Positions 47,003-57,926 of a stretch of DNA of 64,000 nt are shown one piece after another. The notes beneath the pieces are model-generated. The model worked only from the letters and a program-made list of their open reading frames with translations, had not been told where the DNA came from and did not search any database. How positions within the stretch are numbered: the first letter of the stretch is position 1; each line of letters starts with the position of its first letter. This stretch comes from Saprolegnia diclina VS20 (taxonomy: Eukaryota): positions 129,451-193,450 of the forward strand of contig NW_008246125.1 of the NCBI RefSeq assembly GCF_000281045.1, written 5' to 3'. The position numbers and the translations under genes were made by a program.

Positions 47003-47695
47003 TTACGACCGCGAGCGCGAGCGGCGGCGGCGTGGTGCCGAGCGCGAACGACGCGGGCTGCGGCGACGGGGGCTGCGGCGGCGGTCACGCGAACGGGAGC
47101 GCGAGCGGCCACGGCGGCGGATCGGCGAGCGCGAGCGGTCACGCTTGCGCATTTCCACCGGCGTCTTTCGCCGTTCCTGCGCCATGACAACGCCAATGCG
47201 CGTGCCTTCAAGGTCCGTGCCGTCCAAGGCGCGGATCGCGACGTCAGCCTCGTCTTGCGTGGCCATCTCAACGAACGCAAAGCCGCGCGGTTCACGCGTG
47301 TAGTGGTCGAGCGGGATGTACACATCGCGGACCTCGCCGTGCTTGGAGAATGCTTCGTAAATTGCATCCTTGGCACCACGGCGGCTGATGTTGCGCACGA
47401 GGATCGAGATACGTTCGCCTTCGCGAGCACCCTCGCGGGCACCGCCTCGCCGATCGCGGCTGCTACCACGGCCACGGCTGTTGCCGCGGGCAGGGCTACG
47501 GCTGCGACGGCCGCGGCTGGTCTCGCGGGCCGGGCTGCGGCTGCGACGACCACGGCTCGTGCTGCGTGCAGGGCTCGACGCACGTTCCCGACTGCTCTCG
47601 CGCACAGGGCTGCGGCTGCGAGCAGGGCTACGGGCGGGACTCGAGGCCTTCTCCGGGCTCGGGCTGCGGCGGGGGCTGTCGGCGCGGTCGCTCAT
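47003..47695 (-). CDS. SR splicing factor with RS-RRM-RS architecture (SC35-like/SRSF10-type RRM)
   Basis: RRM SILVRNIS..FSKHGEVRDVYIPLDHYTREPRGFAFVEM, flanked by RS/SP repeats on both sides. Single exon. Confidence 0.92.
   Translation of the reverse strand: MSDRADSPRRSPSPEKASSPARSPARSRSPVRESSRERASSPARSTSRGRRSRSPARETSRGRRSRSPARGNSRGRGSSRDRRGGAREGAREGERISILVRNISRRGAKDAIYEAFSKHGEVRDVYIPLDHYTREPRGFAFVEMATQDEADVAIRALDGTDLEGTRIGVVMAQERRKTPVEMRKRDRSRSPIRRRGRSRSRSRDRRRSPRRRSPRRSRSAPRRRRSRSRS
47465..47620 (-). repeat. Coding tandem repeat of ~13 aa (RSRSPAR.xSRGR), about 4 copies
   Basis: RSRSPVRESSRER / ASSPARSTSRGR / RSRSPARETSRGR / RSRSPARGNSRGR. Confidence 0.7.
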
Positions 47696-47756
47696 GCTGC
47701 GTTTTGCTTTCTGGCCAAACGATTTTGGTTGGCTCGAGTAGTGGCCGCTCCTTCCG

Positions 47757-47766
47757 TATCCGGATA
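47757..47766. promoter_or_regulatory. Palindrome TATCCGGATA upstream of the SR gene
   Basis: Perfect 10-bp palindrome, 62 nt upstream of ATG 47695. Confidence 0.5.
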
Positions 47767-48564
47767 TGTAGATCCGGTTGCCCTGTAACACGCAGGAGTC
47801 GCCAAGCCCCGCGAGCCTGGCTCCGAGCGCGTCGACCCAAAGACGACACTACAATTCGCGCTCCGCTCGTCCATGACCACGGGTTTTTCAACCCAGTGGA
47901 AGACTTCGTCCAAGAGTATACCGTACTACGTGAATATCGGCGAGTGTTCCACGGCATACGTGGCAGCGCCGCAGTTAAGAAAATCCGAAACCTCCCGAAA
48001 TGCTATCTTGCCGTTTGCAGAGCATACACGGGGCGAGGTATTTAGGTACTTGGTGGGCTCGAGCCCTGCCATAAAGATCTCGATCCGCGGATCTTGTGAA
48101 ACATTCCAGAACGGACTCGGACGCAGTTGAACACGAGACCTGCACCAAGTTGAAGAAGTGATGTGGCTACTTGCGTTGTGTGACGTTGGTGTCTCGACTG
48201 AAAATGCGCTTGAAATTGACAGCTACGAATACGTCCCGATGCCTCGATATCCAGAAGTGTTCAATCCATCGCCAAGCTCAACGACGCGCACATCGAAAAG
48301 TCGCGAGGGGCTTAGAGGATAGCGTGAATCGACCGCCCAAGCTCAACACTATTAACTCTCAAAGCCAACACGCCGAGATCGCAAGACCGACGACGACAAC
48401 GTGACCCTGTTGAGGTCCTCGGAATTTACTGCGTCGTCGTTGCTCAAAACGAGTGAGGGACTCAAGCGCTCGATTGTCAAACAATCTCACTCGTCGTCGA
48501 AGTTCGAAGCCATAATCTTCGACGCGACCAGACATCTCACTTTTCGCACCCAGAAGCCGGCGGG

Positions 48565-50889
48565 ATGCGGGTCACGCCCCGCGCATACTTGACGCCGCTG
48601 GCGCTGCTCGTGCTCTTCCACCACGTGCCGATTCTCATCGCGTGGGCCGTCTCGAGCGTGCGCGAGGCCTGCACGAGCGACGCCTTCCCGGTCTTGCGCT
48701 ACGTGCGCGTGGCCGTTGGGCTGCATAGCGGCCTGCTCGGGCTCTCGGTCATCACGATCGCCGTGACGCTGTGCCTGCCCGTCTTTCGCCCGTCCGTGCC
48801 AAAGGAAACTTTGCTCTTGGCGGCCATCGTCGGCGGCTACGCAGCGCTCGCGGGCTGGAGCGTCTTTGGCCTGTACATTCATAACCATGACTACGGCGCC
48901 TGCAGCTGGCCGTTCTACCATCCGTCGATTGTGCTTTTCGACACGGTCGCATCGTTCGTCGTTGTCGTGCTCTGGGTGTGCAACAACTGGCCGCGCTTTT
49001 GCTGCCGCCGAGCGTCCGACCCGGTCAACTACTGGAACAAGCGCTGCCGGCTCTTGTCCATGGTGTGTGTTTGCACCGACTACCGCAAGCAGCAACTCGA
49101 CATTGATGTCTTCTCGCTTCTCGGCGCTTTTCTGGCGCAGTTTCTCGGCGGTCGCCGCGCGCCGCGCACGGTACGTTGTGACTGGATCGAACCAAACGCC
49201 CACGGAGATACATCTTTGGCGTCTAGTACCAATCGCTGCACAGCCACGACATTGTACTGGCGCTGCGCCTCGTCTCCAAGGCAAACAGCAAACAACCCCG
49301 GTCTCCATATGTTGCTCATGCTGCTGTAGCGCCAAGCTCGGGAGCGACAAGTGGCGACGCCTGCACCGGCGCCAACCACGAGCCTCCTCGATACGGTACT
49401 CCGCGAGCGTTCGGACGCAGGGACAATGCCTGTGTCTTTCTAGTCGGCGCTGCTTCAGAAGGCGTCCTACTATGGGCGGCTTTCCGCGGGCATCTACGGC
49501 TGGCCCATGTACATCTACTACAACCCGCTCTCGTGCCACAAGACGTGGCCGTGCTGCCAGCCACGCGACGTCAAGCAGCACATGACCACGGTACAGGGCC
49601 ATTACATCCATGAGCTTAGGATACAAGTATGCGTAGCTCAAGGCGACGTCGGCGGGTCATGCGTCGCGCCAGGCAGTGTCTTTCGTGCAGTACACTGGCG
49701 TGCACCACACACACGTTCAGTACATGGACCGCAGCAACTCGGTCTTCAAAGTGCCCTTCTCTGTGCTTAAAGACGTTGATGCAAAAGAGCTCATCGTGTG
49801 CGTCCGGGGCTCGTTCTCATGGCACGACATCGTCACGGACGTCCTCACGCAGTCGGTCGCGCTCCCGGACGGCGAGACGTGCGTGTCAGGTACGCGCTCT
49901 CGTTCCCCTTTGCTATAGAAGGTGGTGCCAACGCTTCGTAGGTACGGTGCACGCTCACGAAGGCGCCTACCGCGCTGCCCGCCACATTTACCAAGAGCTG
50001 CAGTCCGGTGCACTCCAAACCATCTTTTGGGACACCGCTGTTGAGCACTGTGGTCGCGACGACGAGCCCACGGGCTGGCGCGTTGTGCTCACGGGGCACT
50101 CGCTTGGCGGTGCGATTGCGACGCTCTTGGCGCTCTTTCTCGAAAAGTCCTTTGTCGTCCACGGCTACGTCTTTGCGCCCATGAAGGTGGTGGACGCGAT
50201 CGCGGCCGACCACGCGGCGTCGTTTGTGGATGTGTTCGTTTACGGTACGACCAACGTTGGTCGAGAGGACTCATAAAGCGTAGGAGACGACTTTGCATCG
50301 CGGCTCTCGGCAACCTCTTTGGTGCGATGCGACGGCGACGAGGTGTCTGACGTGCCATACTAGGCGCGCCTCCGGGAAGAAATGCTGGTGGAGCTCAAGA
50401 ACGTCTCCAACGTCGCTCTCTACAAGGTCTACTGGCACGGATTCGACCCGACGTCCTGGGCGCCCAGCGTGCATGCGCACTGGAACGACTGGGAGTTTAT
50501 CGAAAACCGCGACGGTACTCGCTACGAGCGCGCAGGAAGAGCCGTGATGCGTCCTACTACGTAGAGATCGAGATGCAGGTGGCCGGACGCATCTTTCACG
50601 TCGAGCCCGAAGCGCCGCGCGGCCTCTGGCCGCGGCTGTGGCCGTCGAAAAATCCGGTCGGTCGAGTCGCTATTGTGTCGAGGACAGTTGAGGCATCGTC
50701 GTGTAGGTGCTCACGTGCACGCAGCGATCCCGTAGCCAGTTTGATCGGCTCTGGCTCAACTATCACGCAGGCACGGACCACTTCCCACACCATTACGATC
50801 AGTATCTGGCGCACGCCGCCCGGCGTTTGGAGGTGCTTGGGGCCCAACGCCAAGCTGACGCAGCCTTCTTTGAGGAGACGCGGGCGTAA
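48565..50889 (+). CDS. Diacylglycerol lipase-like class 3 lipase with 4 N-terminal TM helices, many exons
   Basis: Four hydrophobic helices, AGIYGWPMYIYYNP, IVCVRGSFSWHDIVTD, HAHEG, nucleophile elbow VLTGHSLGGAIA and C-terminal DHFPHHY. Confidence 0.85.
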
Positions 50890-51171
50890 TTCTATCGCCC
50901 TTTCTACGACAGTCATACCTTGTGCACTCGAACATCGATAGCAACGCTTTGGAAATACACTGTACTAGCAGTAGCGGTGGCCTCGTATAAGGAAAGGCAA
51001 CACGCTTCACGCCCTCGCCTCCTCGTCCATCGAATGCACTTGGCGGCCAACGGGAATCGAACTGGCGACGGTGCAAGTTGGCACTGTGTTGTGCTTCGGT
51101 GCTGTTCAGCCGAGTCGTACTTAGCATAACCCGTACTTTATCCGTGCCTATTGCTCGCGAGTCTCGGCAGG

Positions 51172-52782
51172 ATGGCGATGCTACGGCCTGCACTGCGGCT
51201 GGGCCTTCTAAGCGCTGTGTCTAGCCGCCACCAGAGCTCGGTGCGTCTGGCGGGCGCTGTGGGACTCTTTGCAGGCGGGCTAACGGCTGCGAACGCCTCG
51301 TTTCCAGCGACGTACTGCCGCCACGCGCAAGTTCACGAGAAGCCGCCGGTGCTGCATGCCTCTGGCCTCGCCATTCTTCCGGTGCGGCGCCATAGTCGAA
51401 ACCTCATTCGCCAAGTGCTTGCTTGTTCTGTAGGTCGCAACAAGCGTTTGGGCGCGGATCGCGCGCATCCTGCGCTTGCTCTTCCACTGCGGGCGCCTCG
51501 TCCTCCTGGGCACGCCGCTGCTGGTGACGTACCCCGTAGCGCGCGTCTGCAAGGCCGACTTGCCCGACTGGTGGTGGCGCCTCGCGCTCTGGTCTGGCGG
51601 TCGGTCCAGCCCTGCGATCATCAAGTTTCTCCAATGGGCGAGCACGCGCCGCGACCTCTTCTCGGTCAAGTTTTGCGACACGTTCATGGCCTTCCACTCG
51701 CACGTGCAGACGCACGAGTGGGCGTTCACCGAGGCGATCTTGCGCGATGCGTTTGGCCCGAACTGGTCGGAGCACTTGTCGCTCGAGCGCGAGCCAATCG
51801 GGTCCGGTGTCATAGCCCAGGTTTACCGCGGAGAGCGCGTCGCGACGGGCGAGCGCATCGCTGTCAAGGTCATTCACCCACACATTCAGGACCTTGTCGC
51901 GCTGGACCTCGAGCTGCTCTGGCTCGCAGCGCGGGCGATTGACTGTGTGCTGCCGAACCTCTCGGCCAAGGTCGGCATGGTGTCCTTTGCCCAGGTACAC
52001 ACACTGCACTCAAGTGTGCACATGGTTATCATATCGATGCATGGTGGTAGGTCATGTCGAGTCAGCTCGATTTCCGCATCGAAGGCCGCAACCTCGCGAC
52101 GTTTCGAGAGCACTTTGCGAACCGCAAAAAGGTGGCGTTTCCTGAACCCGACTTGGCGTGGACGACCGAGAACGTGCTCGTCGAGAGCTTCGTCGACGGC
52201 GTGCACATCATGGAGCACGTGACAGCGCAGCGAAGCTACGACCGACCACTGGCGTCGGTTACGATCGACGCATTTCTCCGCATGCTCTTTTTGGACAACT
52301 TTGCGCACGGCGACATTCACCCGGGCAACATCCTCGTTACGGTCGATGGGATCGCGCTTCTCGACGCCGGCATTGTCAACGTCCTCGGTGGCTCCGACTA
52401 CGACGACTTTGTGGAGCTCTTCCACGCGATCGTCAACAAGAATGGGTATGAAGCCGGGCAGATCCTTCTGGCGAAGAGCCCGCGCCACCACTGCGTCGAC
52501 CAGGACGCGTTCTGTTGCGGCATCAAGTCGATCGTCGACCGAGCGACGGCCAACTTGAGTTTGAAAGACGTGCCCGTCGGCGACCTGCTCACCGAAGTGC
52601 TCGAGCTCTGTGGAACCCACCACGTCGCGCTCCAAGGCCGGTTCGTCTCGGTCGTCGTCTCGATCGGCGTTCTCGAGGGCGTCGGGCGGCTCTTGGACCC
52701 GGAGCTCGACTTGCTTCAGGTTGCACTGCCGATCCTCGTTCAAGCCAAACTCCAACGCATGAAGGCTGTCGCGTTCGCCTAA
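51172..52782 (+). CDS. ADCK2: UbiB/ABC1 atypical kinase, ADCK2-like, probably mitochondrial
   Basis: Arg/Leu/Ser-rich presequence, IIKFLQWASTRRDLF, EPIGSGVIAQVY, AVKVIHP, FLRMLFLDNFAHGDIHPGNILV and LLDAGIV. Confidence 0.88.
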
Positions 52783-52957
52783 TCCCAATAGACAGGTGTG
52801 TAGAATTTGAATCAAATAGACGGTACGTCACGCTCTGGACGTCAAGTGAGCGATGCAACAGTGTAGCGATCGTCCAGCATATCTTTGTACGGATAATTCC
52901 GTGAATCCGGATAGGGACACCGTCGTTGTTTGTTGCCAAACTGGACGCTCTGGCAAC

Positions 52958-54412
52958 ATGGGCAGCGTCGCAAGCGTAGCCATCGTCTGCGCGGGTCTTT
53001 TCACTGCTGCCGCGGGCGGCACCGGCGTCTTCGCCTTTTGGCTTCTTCGTGGCATGTACAACTCCATCCAAGCGCTGCCGCCAACAGCCGAAATGCTCGC
53101 AGACAGCGACTCCTGCGTGCTCTTCCGATATCTCCCGATGCTGCGTGCGCGCGTCGCATGGCGGCCACTGGGCGTCTTCCCGACGCCCGTGCACACAGCG
53201 ACCTTGCCATTGTCGAACTCCAAACGAACTTTCTACCTCAAGCGAGAAGACCTCTCGAGCCCGCGCTACGGCGGCAATAAAGTCCGCACGCTTCAGCACC
53301 AGGTGGCCGCTTGCGAAGTGCATTTGGCTGCGACACCCGACGCCAAGTTCATTTGCATCGGGTCTGCGGGCTCCAACCAAACGGTTGCTGCAGCCGTGCA
53401 CGGCGCTCACTTGCCAATCTACCCGTGTTACTACAAGGTGGACGCGCCAGACCTCGACAACACCATCAACGTCCTCTCGGCGCTCTCGTTCAACCCCGCC
53501 AAAGTCTTTTTCTGGCGCCACAAACTCCAAATGCTCTGCGCACTCGTTAGCGCCGTCTTCTTCAACGCCAACAAGGTCTTCTTCCTCGGCGGCAACAACG
53601 TACTTGGTGTCCTCGGCCAGATCGGCGCTGTGCTCGAGCTGGCCGAACAGATCCAAGCTGGTGACGCGCCCGACGTCGACGAGCTCTACGTGGCCGTTGG
53701 TTCGAGCTGCACTCTCACGGGGCTCGTCCTTGGCGTGGTCCTCGCTCGGCATTTAGGTCTCCGCGCGTTTGAGCGCGCGAACTTCAAGATCGTTGCCGTG
53801 CCAATCCACCATGGATCTGCCAAGCTCTCACGGTCGTTGTCGCTTTACACTGCGGCGTGGGCAGCCTTTGTGCCGCTCACGCCGCGCTTTGGCATCCGAT
53901 CGACGGCCGCGTTCCTCGTCAAAAATGGTGTCTCGGTGGACTTGGAGCCATTGGCCGTCGCCTTCTTGACATCGCACGTCGAGGTTGTCGCGGACGCCGA
54001 CCTCATTGGCGAGTATGGTGCACACTCGGCTCGAAGTGCCGTGGCCGCCGCCTTCGACGCGCACCTCGATGTTCGTGGCGACGTCCCAGCGTGGCTCGCT
54101 AAAGAGAAAGCGCCCCAGCCGTGGCTGTGCGGCCATTTCGTCGCCAAACCGTTTGCGTTGCTGCTCGAACGCATGGAAGCAGCGCCTGTCGACGACAAGA
54201 CGGTGCGTCTTCTGTGGCAAACCAAGAGCCTTGTGCAGCCAAAGGGCCCGAGCGACGAGTGGCCTCGGTTCCAGGAGCTCGCTGCGTCGTGTCCTATCTT
54301 TCGCGACTGGGCCATGCGCGGTCGAGCGTCCTCCGTTCTCCGCCGCGGCCACGTCAACGTCGACCAAGACAGTCGCAAGAGTTATCAAACACTCATGACC
54401 GAGCTGGCGTGA
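52958..54412 (+). CDS. PLP-dependent fold-type II enzyme, ACC deaminase/D-cysteine desulfhydrase family (divergent)
   Basis: LGVFPTPVH, YLKREDLS..YGGNKVR (PLP Lys), GSAGSNQ, ELAEQI and VAVGSSCT. N-terminal hydrophobic anchor. Intronless. Confidence 0.85.
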   Translation: MGSVASVAIVCAGLFTAAAGGTGVFAFWLLRGMYNSIQALPPTAEMLADSDSCVLFRYLPMLRARVAWRPLGVFPTPVHTATLPLSNSKRTFYLKREDLSSPRYGGNKVRTLQHQVAACEVHLAATPDAKFICIGSAGSNQTVAAAVHGAHLPIYPCYYKVDAPDLDNTINVLSALSFNPAKVFFWRHKLQMLCALVSAVFFNANKVFFLGGNNVLGVLGQIGAVLELAEQIQAGDAPDVDELYVAVGSSCTLTGLVLGVVLARHLGLRAFERANFKIVAVPIHHGSAKLSRSLSLYTAAWAAFVPLTPRFGIRSTAAFLVKNGVSVDLEPLAVAFLTSHVEVVADADLIGEYGAHSARSAVAAAFDAHLDVRGDVPAWLAKEKAPQPWLCGHFVAKPFALLLERMEAAPVDDKTVRLLWQTKSLVQPKGPSDEWPRFQELAASCPIFRDWAMRGRASSVLRRGHVNVDQDSRKSYQTLMTELA

Positions 54413-54572
54413 TGCAGGAAGATCGCACCGTAGTTTATGAACAGACGACAACTATGACCGCACCAAGATATAACATACGAATGTTCGATCGCAGTCGAGT
54501 GTGTTATATTGTACACGCGTCGTCGCACCTGGAGTAGGATCCCTACCCCTGGTATCCATGGCAAGCCAAGTA

Positions 54573-54596
54573 TTATCCGGATTCCTTTCCGGATAA
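54573..54596. promoter_or_regulatory. Inverted repeat TTATCCGGA-n6-TCCGGATAA upstream of the phosphoglycerate mutase gene
   Basis: Perfect 9-bp inverted repeat, 40 nt before ATG 54636. Confidence 0.55.
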
Positions 54597-54635
54597 GGCA
54601 GTCAATCAAAACGCTGCATTGGTTCCGACACTGTG

Positions 54636-56254
54636 ATGACGACCGACAACCGAGGCCCTGTTGTCTTCGTGCTCATCGATGGCCTCGCAGACTGGGCCAT
54701 CGAGATGGACAAGTACCTCCCTGGCGCCGGCGTGGCAACTCCACTGGCGGCGGCACGGACGCCAGCCATGGACGCGATCGCGGCTGGCGGCTTGAGCGGG
54801 CTCATGGACCCCGTGGAGCCGGGTCTTGCCTGCGGGAGCGACACGGCGCACATGTCCATCTTTGGCTACGACCCGCAGAACAACTACCGCGGGCGCGGTG
54901 CGTTCGAGGCGATGGGCGCGGGCCTCGACATGGAGCCTGGCGACGTCGCGTTCAAGTGCAACTTTGCGACGCTCGACCCGACATTGAACGTTGTGACGCT
55001 GCGCCGCGTCGACCGCAACTTTCACGAGTGGGGCAAAGACCTCTGCGACTTCGTCAATACGATCAAGGACCCTTGCGGTGTGCCGGGCGTGCGGGTCGTC
55101 TGCAAGCACGCGACCGAGCACCGGTGCGTCGCCGCATGCCATCGTCTCGGTTTCTATCAGTCGACGTGCGTAGATGCGGCATCGTCTTCAAGGGGCCCAA
55201 GCTCACCGACAACATCACGGGCACGGACCCGCTCAAGGACAAGTACACAGCTTGAACTGTGATGTGTGGAGATGCATGGTTGTCCCGATTAGTTTGCCGC
55301 TGCAGGTGTCTGTTCCGGCCGGCGCCAACGAGAACGCTGCCTTCTCCGCCACGGTACAAGCACTTGTCGGTCGTCTTGGAGGCAACGGTGATGTAGTGCT
55401 TGAACAACGCCTCGAACGCGATTCACAAAGCCTTGTCGGCGCACCCGATCAACGTCGATCGCGTCGCGCGGGGACTGCCACCAGCCAACCTCATTTTGCT
55501 CCGCGGTCCCGGCGAGCGCATCAGCGTAAGCCAAGTGCTATGAGGGAGTCTCTTGATTATGGGCACTGCGTAGGTTCCGTCGTTCGAAAAGAAGCACGGC
55601 CTTCGGGCCTTTATGATTGCGCCGACCTGCATCATTGCGGGACTGGGCAAGTCGCTCGACATGGACGTCGTGCCGGTCGAGGGCGCGACGGGCGACTACC
55701 ACACGAATTTGCACGCAAAGGCCGAGAAGGCGCTCACGCTCTTTGCGTCCGGCAGCTACGACTTCGGTTTCGTGCACGTCAAAGCCGTGGACGACGCTGG
55801 CCACGATCGCAACGTCGCGACCAAGGTAACCTCGGTCTTGAGTTCCCGGAGGCTCATGAGGGCGCTAGCTCAAGTTTATCGAACGCGCGGATGCCATGAT
55901 TGCCCAGCTGGTGCACGGTCTTGCGGCCACGACCTCCAATGTACGTGTTTGCCATTGATGCAGTCCGGCATCGGCATCTGGTGCTAGGCAACGATCGTGG
56001 TGACAGGCGACCACACGACGCCGGTGCTATACGGAGACCACACGTTCGAGCCCGTTCCGCTGACAATCGGCGGGGTGCACGCGGCGGCGGCCCATCTGCG
56101 CGGCGAGCCTCTTGTGCACGACGCGCGTCTCCAAGACTCTGTCTCGGCCTTCTCCGAGGTCGCGGCGACGGGCGGTGGCCTCGGGCGCTTTGCCGGCGAC
56201 CAGGTCATGGAGATTGTCAAGATGTTCCGGGCGCTTAATGTACCCAGCATGTAA
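54636..56254 (+). CDS. apgM: Cofactor-independent phosphoglycerate mutase, ApgM (archaeal-type) family, multi-exon
   Basis: VFVLIDGLAD, TPLAAARTPAMD, GLACGSDTAHMSIFGYDP..YRGRGAFE, FVHVKAVDDAGHD, VTGDHTTP and HTFEPVP. Confidence 0.93.
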
Positions 56255-56454
56255 TCCCGTAGTACAGAACATATCCGCTGCCACGTACATGAAGCAGTAG
56301 CCATCTTGCTCTGCGCAGAGCAGCGCTGTCTGCCGATCGTCGTCGCCCTCGCCGGTGGTAACGGGCACGCGGATTGGTTGAAATGCCGAGGCAGTGGCCA
56401 ATCAGAGATGCAGCGTTACCAACCGGCTTGCACGTCAGAACCGAACTTGCTACA

Positions 56455-57525
56455 ATGTCAGTGAAGGAGCCGGCGCCGCTGTCGGCGCTCGTGACGGAGG
56501 GCGCGTGGAACGTGTACTGCGTCTCGCCCATGTACAAGTTCTCGCACGACGCGGCGACGCTGTCGGCCGACGCCATGGAGCTCGTGGCGTACCTACGCTG
56601 CAACCTGGCGGGCGAGCTCAAGGCCAACCAGACGGTCACCGCCAGCGTGCGCTCGCAGGGCGACGTCGCGCTCTTCGCGATCACCGAGACGCTCGTAAGC
56701 GGACCGCGGCGGCTCGGTGGCTTTATCTATTACACGCCCGACGTGCCGGGCACGAAGAAGCGCACAGATGTGCTCCTCTTGCAGGGTAACGAAGACCTCC
56801 TCGCGCTCATCTGCGCCTGGCTGCAGCATCAGTACCAGTGCGTCGTCGCACTTCACGCCGTCAGCGTCAACTCGGTCTCGATGGAAGCGTTTGCGTACAA
56901 CTTGTACCACATTATGCTTGAGGCCAATGGTAAGGAGCCCATCATACTCGACAACGAAACGTGACAGCAGCCTAGACAACGTCGAACATGCGCCGCTGCG
57001 ACTCACGCTGCATTGCGAGAGCGTGGGCAAGTCGGTGCAGAGTGTTACGATCTCGGTGCCGTGGCGCGACCTGTGCGCTAGCCACCGCGCGCTCACGCAC
57101 AGCCACAGCAGCGCGAGGTATAGCATTCCGCATGACGATGAGCTGACGAGTTTGCGCAGTGAAAACACGACGCGACGAACGACAGTTGTCGGGACCGGCT
57201 CCGAGTCGGGTGCGTCTGCCTTCTCCTTCTCAAACTTCGAATCGAACAGCGACCTAGATCGCTTTATTCGCGGCTTCATCGCCAAGTATGTGGCGCAGCT
57301 GCCCGTCGAGATGTCGTCGTACCGGCTCTTCTCGGTCTCGTCCGAGGATTGCATTCTCGAAAACATGGGTCGGCTTCAGGTAACCTGCCTCATGTCGACT
57401 CTACGGCTCACGAGATGCGATAGTTTTACACGGCCGAGTCGGTGCCCGCTGTGCTCGATGCGATGCTTCAGCTCTTTGTTGCCCAAAGCGTCTTGTGCCC
57501 CGAAGCCCCGGAAACGACGTTCTGA
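56455..57525 (+). CDS. CENPL: Centromere protein L (CENP-L/Iml3)-like, multi-exon
   Basis: WNVYCVSPMYKFS versus CENP-L WTLYSLTPLYKFS. LLLQGNEDLLALICAWLQHQYQC versus LFLANG..IIGTWFQKTFDC. C-terminal SSYRLFSVSS..GRLQF versus SATRLVRVST..GKIKI. Confidence 0.75.
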
Positions 57526-57926
57526 GCCATTAAGCTGTCCTTTGAAATGCAAGGAACAGCGTGCAACTGAAAATAAAGCAACTTGGTGAACTCTTCAGTC
57601 GTCTCTACAGATAGCTGGTTCCATTTGGCTGGAAGCGGTTGTCAGACTGCTTGCAACCAAGGGGCAGCTACAAAATTGGTACAATCGTGTGCGGCCATGA
57701 CCTGCCCGTTGGTGGAGTTTCCGTGGATTCCGTGGATTGAGCAGGTGCGAAGATGTTGTCATCTTGGTTTCCATTCTGCTCGGCAACACGTATGGAAGCC
57801 ACGATTCACCATTCGCCACCGGTCATGCCTGCTGACCCAACCCTGGCACGATCAAAGGGCTCAGCGATCGGCGTCACAATGCAGGCAGAGACGAGATCAA
57901 ATTTGGCACATACATCATCATTAGGT

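Noticed and set aside
48040..48072. tRNA T-arm-like ggtgggctcgagccctgcca
   Set aside because: No TTC, and no convincing D-arm, anticodon arm or acceptor pairing.
52958..56254. PLP enzyme plus apgM as a horizontally acquired prokaryotic operon
   Set aside because: apgM has several introns and matches the plant/protist eukaryotic form. Each gene has its own upstream motif.
6270..57525. Functional clustering of ribosome-biogenesis (NEPRO, TAF1C, DNAJC21) or mitotic (HAUS2, CENP-L) genes
   Set aside because: The genes are tens of kb apart among unrelated genes, which is consistent with chance.
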